49,340 nucleotides of DNA. Source: a bacterium (GTDB lineage Bacteria > Patescibacteriota > Minisyncoccia > Phycocordibacterales > UBA5272). This document shows, piece after piece, positions 17,252 to 26,494 of this stretch (positions within the stretch are counted from its first letter, which is position 1; each line of letters opens with the position of its first letter). The notes beneath the pieces were generated by a model that did no database searches, was not told the origin of the DNA, and was given only the letters and a program-made list of their open reading frames with translations. Both the position numbers and the translations under genes were made by a program. The DNA lies in assembly GCA_043771335.1 (NCBI GenBank), contig JAYVHM010000005.1:1-49340 (forward strand), in the 5' to 3' direction.

Positions 17252-18166
17252 TTATCTCGTCCAGCAGACTCTGTAATACTCTAATATGTCCTCTTTTGTT
17301 AATACGAATCTATCTTCAGAATTAAGATAATACATAATAGATGCTGGGGTTTTTGTATGGCTCATTTTAAGAGCATGCCCTAACTCATGAGCTATTAATC
17401 TTTTTAAATTTGTAATGTCTTTGTATTCATATAAAGTGATTTTGTTATTAAAATATGTCCCTTGTTCGAACTTTTTACCGATATTTTTATTCAACTCTTT
17501 TACCAAGTTATTCGCCTCGGCCACCAAATCATTATATCCATTGACGCTCATGTTGAGAGAGGTGACATAGCTCTCTAGTTTTTTATTCCTTGTTTCTAAT
17601 TCATGCTTGTCACTTTCTAATACACTCTTGTTTTGATTTAATTTATAATAGTCAGAATCATTAGCTCCACCCTCTTTGTTTATTCTTGTGACTTCATTGT
17701 TGTAATTATTTAATTTATTTTTAAAAACCTCCCAATCTTTTTCAAAATCAGTCTGCTCGCTTTTTAACTTCTCCTTTTCTGTATTCAAATGTTTCAACTG
17801 ACTTTCTAGGACAATAGACTTGTCTTTTGTTTTTTCAGATAAAATATTTTTTTCTATTGTCTCTCTTTGCCTTTCATCATATTTAAAATCAATTACAACT
17901 TTTCCGGTCTCACTGTATTCTAAAACTTTTTCACCCAGACCATTGTTCCAGATATTAGCTGCTTCGGTAGCGTATTTTAAAACTTCTTCTTTTGTTAAGT
18001 TAAACTCAGTATCTACTTTTCCTATTCTAAAAGTTTGAGTCTTTTCACAAGAGCTTTTAAATGAGTAAGCACTGGTTGACATTAAAAATACAAAAGAGAT
18101 AAGTAAAAGGTAGCTTAACGTGTGTTTTAAATTTTTATATTTTTTAGAAAAATACGTCATCATCAT
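17252..18166 (-). CDS. Membrane-anchored or secreted metzincin (matrixin-like) zinc metalloprotease with an internal coiled-coil insert
   Basis: HELGHALKMSH matches HExxHxxxxxH, followed by a Met-turn candidate SIMYY. N-terminal hydrophobic segment. The central ~130 aa are K/E/N-rich coiled coil. Confidence 0.75.
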   Translation of the reverse strand: MMMTYFSKKYKNLKHTLSYLLLISFVFLMSTSAYSFKSSCEKTQTFRIGKVDTEFNLTKEEVLKYATEAANIWNNGLGEKVLEYSETGKVVIDFKYDERQRETIEKNILSEKTKDKSIVLESQLKHLNTEKEKLKSEQTDFEKDWEVFKNKLNNYNNEVTRINKEGGANDSDYYKLNQNKSVLESDKHELETRNKKLESYVTSLNMSVNGYNDLVAEANNLVKELNKNIGKKFEQGTYFNNKITLYEYKDITNLKRLIAHELGHALKMSHTKTPASIMYYLNSEDRFVLTKEDILEYYRVCWTR

Positions 18167-18228
18167 TCTTATATTATAGCAGAGATACTAGAATCATAAA
18201 AGATAGTTTTGTGTGACGTGTTTATAAT

Positions 18229-18258
18229 AAAAAAACCTGCTTAAAAATAAGCAGGTTA
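18229..18258 (-). terminator. Intrinsic terminator after the 282-aa orphan gene
   Basis: Minus strand reads aaccugc-uuauuuuuaa-gcagguu followed by uuuuuuu. Confidence 0.55.
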
Positions 18259-18266
18259 AGAACTAA

Positions 18267-19115
18267 TTAAGAAATACGAAGTAATGCTGGGTTAATAACC
18301 CCGCTATTAACATTTGCTTTTTCACCCTCATCACTTAATTGAATATCAATATTGTGCCAAAGACGAAGCTCTTCTCCATGTTTCCAACAATTAGCAAGAA
18401 TAGATACAGCGCATCCATACATAAAGCCTGTAATACCAACAGGAATGTCTGCTTTGTTACTGCACTCATTAGCAATAGCTGAAAGTTTGTAACCTTCACC
18501 TATTTTCTTCTGCATTAATCTAGCCCAATACTCAGCATAAGTAAAAACAGCCAAGCCATACCCATCTCCATTTTGAGCCTTTATGCCTTGTTGCCACTTT
18601 TCTTCATTACGGTCCATTGCTGGACAAGTATTAATCTCAGAAAAAAAGACAGCTTCTTTTTTATTTTGAATGACTTGATATTCAGCATTTTCTTTTTCCC
18701 ATAGCGCATCTTTTTCTTTTTTAATTTTAGAATCTTTAGCTAATTCTTTACTTGAAAGAGTTGCTTTTGGATATGGTCCAACCTTACATGTAATATAGCC
18801 CGATATATTTCTGTGCCAATCGCGGCAAATCAAATCAGGATCGGAATCCTGACAAACACTAATATTAACCCCATTAAAATTAAATGAAACTAAATACGGT
18901 GAGACTTTCTTGTTAGAGAAAAGCTTAACCATCTGAACCATAGCAACCTCATATAAAGTCACGTCACAAGACTCTGCAAGATTAATAGCTTCTTTGATAG
19001 CTTTACTAATACTGTCTCCAGCGTAAACTTTTAACTCCATTTTAAAGTATTTAACTGCGCCAGAGTTGGCCCAGCACCTCCAGAATCTGGGATCATTAAT
19101 TTTACTTTGATTCAT
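18267..19115 (-). CDS. Hypothetical protein (282 aa), Cys/Trp-rich, no recognisable family
   Basis: Clean ORF bounded by a terminator. No signal peptide. No motif I can name. Confidence 0.7.
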   Translation of the reverse strand: MNQSKINDPRFWRCWANSGAVKYFKMELKVYAGDSISKAIKEAINLAESCDVTLYEVAMVQMVKLFSNKKVSPYLVSFNFNGVNISVCQDSDPDLICRDWHRNISGYITCKVGPYPKATLSSKELAKDSKIKKEKDALWEKENAEYQVIQNKKEAVFFSEINTCPAMDRNEEKWQQGIKAQNGDGYGLAVFTYAEYWARLMQKKIGEGYKLSAIANECSNKADIPVGITGFMYGCAVSILANCWKHGEELRLWHNIDIQLSDEGEKANVNSGVINPALLRIS

Positions 19116-19258
19116 TGAAATTCTCCTTGTAAGCTTATTTAAAAGAACTAATAGACACTAAGTGTTGGATAGACCTGAACGCTAATTTTATACTAACACA
19201 AAAATATAGCATGTGTCAAATATAAAAACTTTTTCTTTTTTCATGTTAAAATATAATT

Positions 19259-20218
19259 ATGAAAACTAATAATCTGAATAATCTTTTATTAAAAGTAAAA
19301 AATGATAAGAGGGTTTTAATTGCTTTTGCATTACTTGCCACACTACTCTTTACTTGTATTTATCTATACAAAATCAACCTAGATTATAAAAAGCAAAATG
19401 TATTAATAACAGAAGAAGCTAAAATACTAAAAATAAATCTAGATGAGATAAATCAAAAATACATAGATATAGTAAATAAAATAGAAGTAGCTGAAAAAGA
19501 TAAAATATATCTATTCAATAGTTTAAATGGAGTCAAAAGCGAATACAATGGGTTAATGCAGAATTATGATGCAAAACTAAAAGAAGTAGACACTTTGAGT
19601 AAGGCTGTATATTACGATGATGAACTATTGAAAAAATATTCCAAATACTACTTTCTCAATGAGAACTATGCCCCGTCTTCTACCGAAATAATATCTCCCA
19701 TATACACACTTAATAATAAAGAAATCAAAATATTAAGTGAGGTAAAGCCAAAATTAGAAAACATGTTAATGGCAGCACAAAATTATAATCAAAACTCTAC
19801 CAATACTACAAATAATATTAATCTTGTAATTCATTCTGGATACAGATCTTTTGCTGAGCAAAAAGGCTTAAAGAGTGCCTATACGAGAACCTATGGTATA
19901 AGTAAAGCAAATCAGTTCTCGGCTGACCAAGGTTATAGCGAACATCAATTAGGAACTACTGTAGACATAACTGATGGGAAAAGTGGACTGTCTACTAATT
20001 TTGATAAAACGAAAAGTTTTTTGTGGCTAAAGGATAATGCACATAGATATGGATTCATCCTTTCTTATAACAAAGAAAATAAATACTATATGTATGAGCC
20101 ATGGCACTGGAGATATGTTGGAGTAGAACTTGCTACTTATATGCATGACAATGGTCTTAATTTCTATGATATAGACCAAAACAAAATAGACGAGTATAAG
20201 ACTAAGATATTTGATTAA
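19259..20218 (+). CDS. D-alanyl-D-alanine carboxypeptidase, peptidase M15B (VanY-like), membrane anchored
   Basis: N-terminal TM segment, then a coiled-coil linker. Zn-ligand motifs are SGYRSFAEQ, SEHQLGTTVDI and EPWHWRYVG. Confidence 0.85.
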   Translation: MKTNNLNNLLLKVKNDKRVLIAFALLATLLFTCIYLYKINLDYKKQNVLITEEAKILKINLDEINQKYIDIVNKIEVAEKDKIYLFNSLNGVKSEYNGLMQNYDAKLKEVDTLSKAVYYDDELLKKYSKYYFLNENYAPSSTEIISPIYTLNNKEIKILSEVKPKLENMLMAAQNYNQNSTNTTNNINLVIHSGYRSFAEQKGLKSAYTRTYGISKANQFSADQGYSEHQLGTTVDITDGKSGLSTNFDKTKSFLWLKDNAHRYGFILSYNKENKYYMYEPWHWRYVGVELATYMHDNGLNFYDIDQNKIDEYKTKIFD

Positions 20219-20240
20219 GTTTTGAACTGTTAACTTTTTA

Positions 20241-20272
20241 TTGCTTAAAAATATTTTGTATGTTATTATAAT
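20241..20272 (+). promoter_or_regulatory. Candidate promoter for infC-rpmI-rplT
   Basis: TTGCTT (20241-20246), a 17-nt spacer, then TATTAT/TATAAT (20264-20272). AT-rich background. Confidence 0.3.
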
Positions 20273-20303
20273 ATTAAATATAAAGATTTAAATAAATAAA
20301 ACT

Positions 20304-20819
20304 GTGATACAACAAAAGACACTAATCAATAACGCCATCCGTGCAAGAGAGCTAAGAATAATAGACCAGAATGGTGACAATCTAGGAGTGATGACAAAAG
20401 AAGATGCAATATACAAGGCGCGCGCGGCCGGTCTTGACCTTATCGAAGTGTCTAATAATGGTGAAGTAGCTGTCGGACGTATAGCTGATTATGGCAAATA
20501 CCAATATGAGATGAGTAAAAAGTTCAAAGAAGTGAAAGCTAAATCAAATATAACTGAAACAAAAAATATACAGTTGAGTGTAGGTATCAGTGATCATGAC
20601 ATACAAACAAAAGTAGATCAGGCTGTAGTCTGGATAAAAGAAGGACATAGAGTAAAATTTGAATTACAATTAAAGGGACGTGGTAAGTTTATGGAGGAAA
20701 ACTTTTTAAAGGAGAGGTTGAATAGAGTTTTAGCTATTATGCCTGTAGATTACAAGGTGGCTGAGCCATTAAAGAAGTTTCCAAAAGGCTTCGCCATAGT
20801 ACTTGAAAAAGCCAAATAA
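20304..20819 (+). CDS. infC: Translation initiation factor IF-3
   Basis: Contains INNAIRARELRIIDQNGDNLGVMTKEDAIYKARAAGLDLIEVS. It has a GTG start, and non-AUG starts are typical of infC. rpmI and rplT follow. Confidence 0.93.
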   Translation: MIQQKTLINNAIRARELRIIDQNGDNLGVMTKEDAIYKARAAGLDLIEVSNNGEVAVGRIADYGKYQYEMSKKFKEVKAKSNITETKNIQLSVGISDHDIQTKVDQAVVWIKEGHRVKFELQLKGRGKFMEENFLKERLNRVLAIMPVDYKVAEPLKKFPKGFAIVLEKAK

Positions 20820-20840
20820 CTATGTTATAATGCTGTGACC

Positions 20841-21029
20841 ATGAAAACCAACAAATCCTATACTAAGAGATTAAAAGTAACAAAGAATGGTAAGATACTA
20901 GCAAGAAAAGCCGGTCAAAATCACTTTAACGCAAGAGCATCAGGTAATAGAACATTACAAGGACGCAGAATGCAAGAGTTTAAAATGACAGGAAAAGAAA
21001 AAGCAAGATTCTTACCTGGTGCATTATAA
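20841..21029 (+). CDS. rpmI: 50S ribosomal protein L35
   Basis: Starts MKTNKSYTKRLKVTKNGKILARKAGQNHFNA. I prefer the ATG at 20841 over the track's GTG at 20835. Confidence 0.93.
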   Translation: MKTNKSYTKRLKVTKNGKILARKAGQNHFNARASGNRTLQGRRMQEFKMTGKEKARFLPGAL

Positions 21030-21115
21030 GACTAGTTATAACTAGTATTATATAGTAAGCATTTTCATAAGAAAAAATTAAAAATAAAAATTAGCAATAA
21101 AAAAACAATAAGTAT

Positions 21116-21463
21116 ATGTCAAGAGTAAAAAGAAGTAGTATAGCAATGAAGAGACGCCGCAATGTCCTCAAAGCAGCAAAAGGATTTAGATTTCAAAGAT
21201 CAAAAACAGAAGTGATGGCAAAGGTTGCGCTTAAAAAAGCTGGAGCTTATGCATTTGCACACAGAAAAGACAGAAAGACAGACATGAGAAGATTATGGAC
21301 TGTAAGATTAAATGCCTTCCTACGTGATAATGGCACTACATACTCAAGATTTATAGCTGAAGCTACAAAGAAAAGCATGTTAGTAGACAGAAAGATAATG
21401 GCGACACTCGCCGAGACTAATCCAGAATCAATGAAAGCAATAGTTGACTCAGTAATGAAATAA
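21116..21463 (+). CDS. rplT: 50S ribosomal protein L20
   Basis: Starts MSRVKRSSIAMKRRRNVLKAAKGFRFQRSK and contains AFAHRKDRKTDMRRLWTVRLNA. Confidence 0.96.
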   Translation: MSRVKRSSIAMKRRRNVLKAAKGFRFQRSKTEVMAKVALKKAGAYAFAHRKDRKTDMRRLWTVRLNAFLRDNGTTYSRFIAEATKKSMLVDRKIMATLAETNPESMKAIVDSVMK

Positions 21464-21468
21464 CATAA

Positions 21469-21522
21469 AGACTAAAACATTAAAAGCGCGACCTCCGGGT
21501 CGCGCTTTTAATGTTTTAGTCT
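21469..21522. terminator. Bidirectional terminator: a 54-nt perfect palindrome with the core AAAAGCGCGACC/GGTCGCGCTTTT
   Basis: A perfect 25-bp stem: agactaaaacattaaaagcgcgacc - tccg - ggtcgcgcttttaatgttttagtct. The right arm overlaps the stop codon of the convergent gene at 21521. Confidence 0.75.
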
Positions 21523-22132
21523 ATCCTCTTACTTCACTCTCTGTCTTACTATCATCAGTTGGTGCTTTGAATGTAACTCTTGATTTTTGTTTTTTTACTA
21601 ATTCTATAACTCTTTCCACTAACTTTTTTGGATCAGCATCAAAGATGACCAAATCATTTTCTCTGTTACTATTATCTATAATATTTTTTATAACTTCATC
21701 AGTTGACCATTCCCCTTCTAATATACCTATGGGTATATTGCTTTCCCAGGCTACAGTAAACTCATGTATAGTTCCTATGCGTCCACAGCCAAGTATAATA
21801 GCATCCGAGGAACGCACCAGCATCATGTCGCGTCCAGGGAATCCAAAACCTGTGTATATAACCACATCGTTGTGCTCGAGAGGCATCTTGTAAGTTTCCA
21901 AATGCTCTATTTTACTAGCTGCAGGAGAGAGTCCGATAGAAAATCCTGACCCAGCTTCTTTATATCCGTGAGCGACATACAGTGGAAAACCACTGGTGGC
22001 CCCTGTTGATATTTGAACATCAGGATAAGCCGATATCGCCCGCCCTATTTCCATAGCACTTCTTATAACATGAGGACCGCAATGTGTGACTTCTGCTGCT
22101 CCGCTAATTGATATTGTTATTTTTTCTTTCAT
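21521..22132 (-). CDS. LOG/SLOG-superfamily Rossmann protein (TIGR00725-like)
   Basis: Pattern ISISGAAE...ISTGATSGFPLYVAHG...VRSSDAIILGCGRIGTIHEFTVAW...PIGIL. This resembles the GGxxG...PGGxGTxxE layout of LOG/TIGR00725 proteins. Recognised by eye only. Confidence 0.65.
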   Translation of the reverse strand: MKEKITISISGAAEVTHCGPHVIRSAMEIGRAISAYPDVQISTGATSGFPLYVAHGYKEAGSGFSIGLSPAASKIEHLETYKMPLEHNDVVIYTGFGFPGRDMMLVRSSDAIILGCGRIGTIHEFTVAWESNIPIGILEGEWSTDEVIKNIIDNSNRENDLVIFDADPKKLVERVIELVKKQKSRVTFKAPTDDSKTESEVRG

Positions 22133-22227
22133 GTCTTATTTTTGTATTTAATTTTTCTTAATATAATTATAACATACAAAAAATATTAAAAATTAAATAC
22201 ATTAACAAATAATAGTATTTAGAAAAA

Positions 22228-22737
22228 TTAAATAGTGTATTTTTTATGTAAAGAAATCTTGAGTCCAGAAGCTTTTGCTTTATCTATTGTATCTTGTGTC
22301 CCAGTAGAATTATTAACCTGAAAAGCATACACTTCATCAGAATATACAACCTCTTCATCATGCCTGTTGTAATAATCATCCTCGGTTATATCTCCTCCAC
22401 TGTGATATATTTCAAGCAATCCACTTGAATTTTTATTTTGAAAAGCTTTTAAAACTACTTCTAATTTTTCTATGTCTAATTTTGTTATGGGTTCAGTCAT
22501 CCAGTTTTTATAGTAATCAGAAATATATTTATCTAGCTTGGCTGGTATAATAACTCTCATCTTATTTTCTTGTCCTAATTTTAAAACTTCATCCATACAA
22601 AAATAATCAACCCCTGTGGCTCCACCAGTCACTATTCCATTTCCAGATGAAAGCACTTCACGCACAGCAGTTCGTACATCAGACTCAACTTCATTGTTAG
22701 TAATTCTCCATGTCCCTGTAAATATTATCCATTTCAT
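22228..22737 (-). CDS. SLOG-superfamily protein (DprA/DUF2493-like Rossmann fold)
   Basis: IIFTGTW...GIVTGGATGVDYFCMDEV carries the SLOG Gly-rich loop. The C-terminal NSTGTQDTIDKAKASGLKI resembles the GTxxxxxxAxxxG helix of DUF2493/DprA-like proteins. Recognised by eye only. Confidence 0.5.
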   Translation of the reverse strand: MKWIIFTGTWRITNNEVESDVRTAVREVLSSGNGIVTGGATGVDYFCMDEVLKLGQENKMRVIIPAKLDKYISDYYKNWMTEPITKLDIEKLEVVLKAFQNKNSSGLLEIYHSGGDITEDDYYNRHDEEVVYSDEVYAFQVNNSTGTQDTIDKAKASGLKISLHKKYTI

Positions 22738-22847
22738 TTGTGTATTGTAACATAGAAATTTAAAATTAACATTTGCTTTGATGCATAATTAATGTTATCA
22801 TAAAATTTCAAAAGTTCTTTTATAACACTCTTAAGGAGATATCTAAA

Positions 22848-23195
22848 ATGCCTGTGGCAAATAAAAATGTAACACTCACAAAAACTCAAGTGCATAAGCT
22901 GGGCCTCATGTGGCATAAAAGTCATGAGGAACCTCCAAAAGATTCAAATGACTGGATAGCCTATCTCATAAGCATACAGACTGACTCAGTAAAAAAGAAA
23001 AAGGAATTCCCTACAACCCACGACATTAATACACTACAGCTAAATAGATACTTTTACTGGCTCGTACGCTCTGCAATTATTAATAACAGTTGTGAGCAGA
23101 TGAAGGAAGCTTTTATTTTTTTAAATCATTTAAGAAAAGCTCGAGCTGACTACAGAACAGAAGTTATGAATGCTTCGATACGAAAAGTCTCCTAA
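22848..23195 (+). CDS. Hypothetical protein (115 aa), paralog A of a tandem pair
   Basis: SD aaggag sits 8 nt before the ATG. It aligns by eye to the next ORF: VTLTKTQVHKLGLMW..DWIAYL..FP..YFYWLV..AFIFLNHLR versus VTITAEQAVKLTSLW..DWLTYL..FP..YAYFLV..AFAFLDQLK. Confidence 0.65.
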   Translation: MPVANKNVTLTKTQVHKLGLMWHKSHEEPPKDSNDWIAYLISIQTDSVKKKKEFPTTHDINTLQLNRYFYWLVRSAIINNSCEQMKEAFIFLNHLRKARADYRTEVMNASIRKVS

Positions 23196-23238
23196 TTACG
23201 AAAAACTCTTCCAAGATAACTTTAAAGAAGGAAAGAAA

Positions 23239-23619
23239 ATGACTACAGATGCTTTAGAAAAAGTGGTGGTGGCTGCAGTAACAATAACTGCGGAACAGGC
23301 CGTAAAATTAACAAGTCTTTGGACTAGCCATGTACACAGTCCGCAAACAGTAGAGGACTGGTTAACTTACCTACCGAGACTACGTGCAGAAAAAAGACGT
23401 TTCCCTGATATAGAAAGGGTAGATATATTAAGCTCTGAAATGAGTACTTATGCTTATTTTCTAGTGTGTAAAGCTTTGGAAAAAAATAGCCAAGAAGAGC
23501 TTAGTGCAGCTTTTGCATTTTTAGACCAGCTAAAAATTCAACAAAATAAGCAGAGAGCAGAAACAAGACTACTGTCTTTTAGTAAGATGGGGAGGCTAAA
23601 AGATACCTTGTCGAAATAA
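23239..23619 (+). CDS. Hypothetical protein (~126 aa), paralog B of a tandem pair
   Basis: I prefer the ATG at 23239 (MTTDALEKV), which follows aaggaaag, over the track start at 23170 that overlaps paralog A. Paralogy as described for 22848-23195. Confidence 0.65.
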   Translation: MTTDALEKVVVAAVTITAEQAVKLTSLWTSHVHSPQTVEDWLTYLPRLRAEKRRFPDIERVDILSSEMSTYAYFLVCKALEKNSQEELSAAFAFLDQLKIQQNKQRAETRLLSFSKMGRLKDTLSK

Positions 23620-23631
23620 AGCCAGAAAAAC

Positions 23632-23662
23632 AAAAGAGTAACGAAATTCGTTACTCTTTTTT
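23632..23662. terminator. Bidirectional terminator between paralog B and gyrB
   Basis: aaaagagtaacg-aaatt-cgttactctttt followed by a T-run. Confidence 0.6.
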
Positions 23663-23674
23663 ATTTTATTATTT

Positions 23675-25774
<2,100 letters not shown>

Positions 25775-25923
25775 TTATACCATATCTGATTATTAAATAT
25801 CACTTTACAAATACAAAAAATAGATGTATAATCAATCTGGCTAAACAAAATAAGGGGTAGGATATGGGACAATAATCTATATCGAAAACAAGACTAGAAC
25901 TAGAAATAGAGCTGGCAAAAGAA

Positions 25924-26250
25924 ATGGATAAATTAATTGAAATGCTAGTCTCGGCTGCAGAGTCAGTAAGAGAAGAGATACTCAGATGCAACACAGAAGT
26001 TGAACCGCTTTTAAAGAAAATTTTCTCTGAAAAGTGGGCGACCGAGGACAGAGATTTACGAAAAGCCCGTAGCTTACTCGATCTTATGCTTGAAAAATTA
26101 GATTATTTGATTTTATTTTTTGGAGAAAGTCCTGCAAATAACATGAGAGTTGTTAGTCTTTTAATAGCCAGAACACAAGCTGTTAATGGTCTGCGTGTAG
26201 TTAGTATGTACGTGCAAAAAAAGCAAAGTTTTGAAAAGAAATTAACTTAG
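25924..26250 (+). CDS. Hypothetical protein (108 aa)
   Basis: ORF with a weak SD. An SD-led ATG lies 60 nt upstream in the same frame but is separated by one TAA (see findings). Confidence 0.45.
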   Translation: MDKLIEMLVSAAESVREEILRCNTEVEPLLKKIFSEKWATEDRDLRKARSLLDLMLEKLDYLILFFGESPANNMRVVSLLIARTQAVNGLRVVSMYVQKKQSFEKKLT

Positions 26251-26259
26251 GAGAGATAA

Positions 26260-26451
26260 ATGGAGATTATTTTAGTTTGGTTTTTATGGACAGGTTTCGA
26301 TGGCTCATACGGGAAACATTTGACTCAGCAACCCGCACAATACCCATCTCGTTCTGACTGTGAGCAGACAGCTGAAATGGTGAAGCAGAATACATATAAA
26401 TATGGTTATTGGGTTTGTGTGGAAAGTAAAGTATTGGTTAATAAAAAATAA
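26260..26451 (+). CDS. Hypothetical small protein (63 aa)
   Basis: Strong SD: aggagagataa then ATG. Hydrophobic N-terminus and two Cys. A hairpin plus T-run follows. Confidence 0.5.
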   Translation: MEIILVWFLWTGFDGSYGKHLTQQPAQYPSRSDCEQTAEMVKQNTYKYGYWVCVESKVLVNKK

Positions 26452-26465
26452 TCACAGAAACAAAG

Positions 26466-26492
26466 GCAAGAAAATTCTTGCTTTTTTTTATT
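26466..26492. terminator. Weak hairpin plus T-run between the small ORF and murD
   Basis: gcaagaa-aa-ttcttgc followed by tttttttt. The loop is very small, so the effective stem is shorter. Confidence 0.4.
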
Positions 26493-26494
26493 TT

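Noticed and set aside
19246-19261. Possible leaderless mRNA for the VanY-like gene (TAAAAT/TATAAT directly abutting the ATG, no SD)
   Set aside because: The hexamer spacing to the ATG is ambiguous (1 or 6 nt) and the region is extremely AT-rich. It cannot be supported without TSS data.
22738-22847. Short inverted repeat (taacatt ... aatgtta) in the divergent control region between the SLOG gene and paralog A, as a possible operator
   Set aside because: It is only ~7 bp per arm in a region with more than 75% A+T, which is well within chance expectation. I do not report it as a regulatory site.
22734-22925. 63-aa minus-strand ORF overlapping the SLOG gene's start and the divergent promoter region
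   Set aside because: It overlaps the start of paralog A on the opposite strand and the intergenic control region, has no SD, and its Cys/His/Phe-rich translation looks random.
25800-25994. 64-aa minus-strand ORF upstream of gyrB
   Set aside because: It overlaps the plus-strand 108-aa ORF and its promoter. It is Ser/Ile low complexity with no SD. The gyrB start at 25729 is well supported by homology (MAKEIVEKK...[13 protein letters not shown]).
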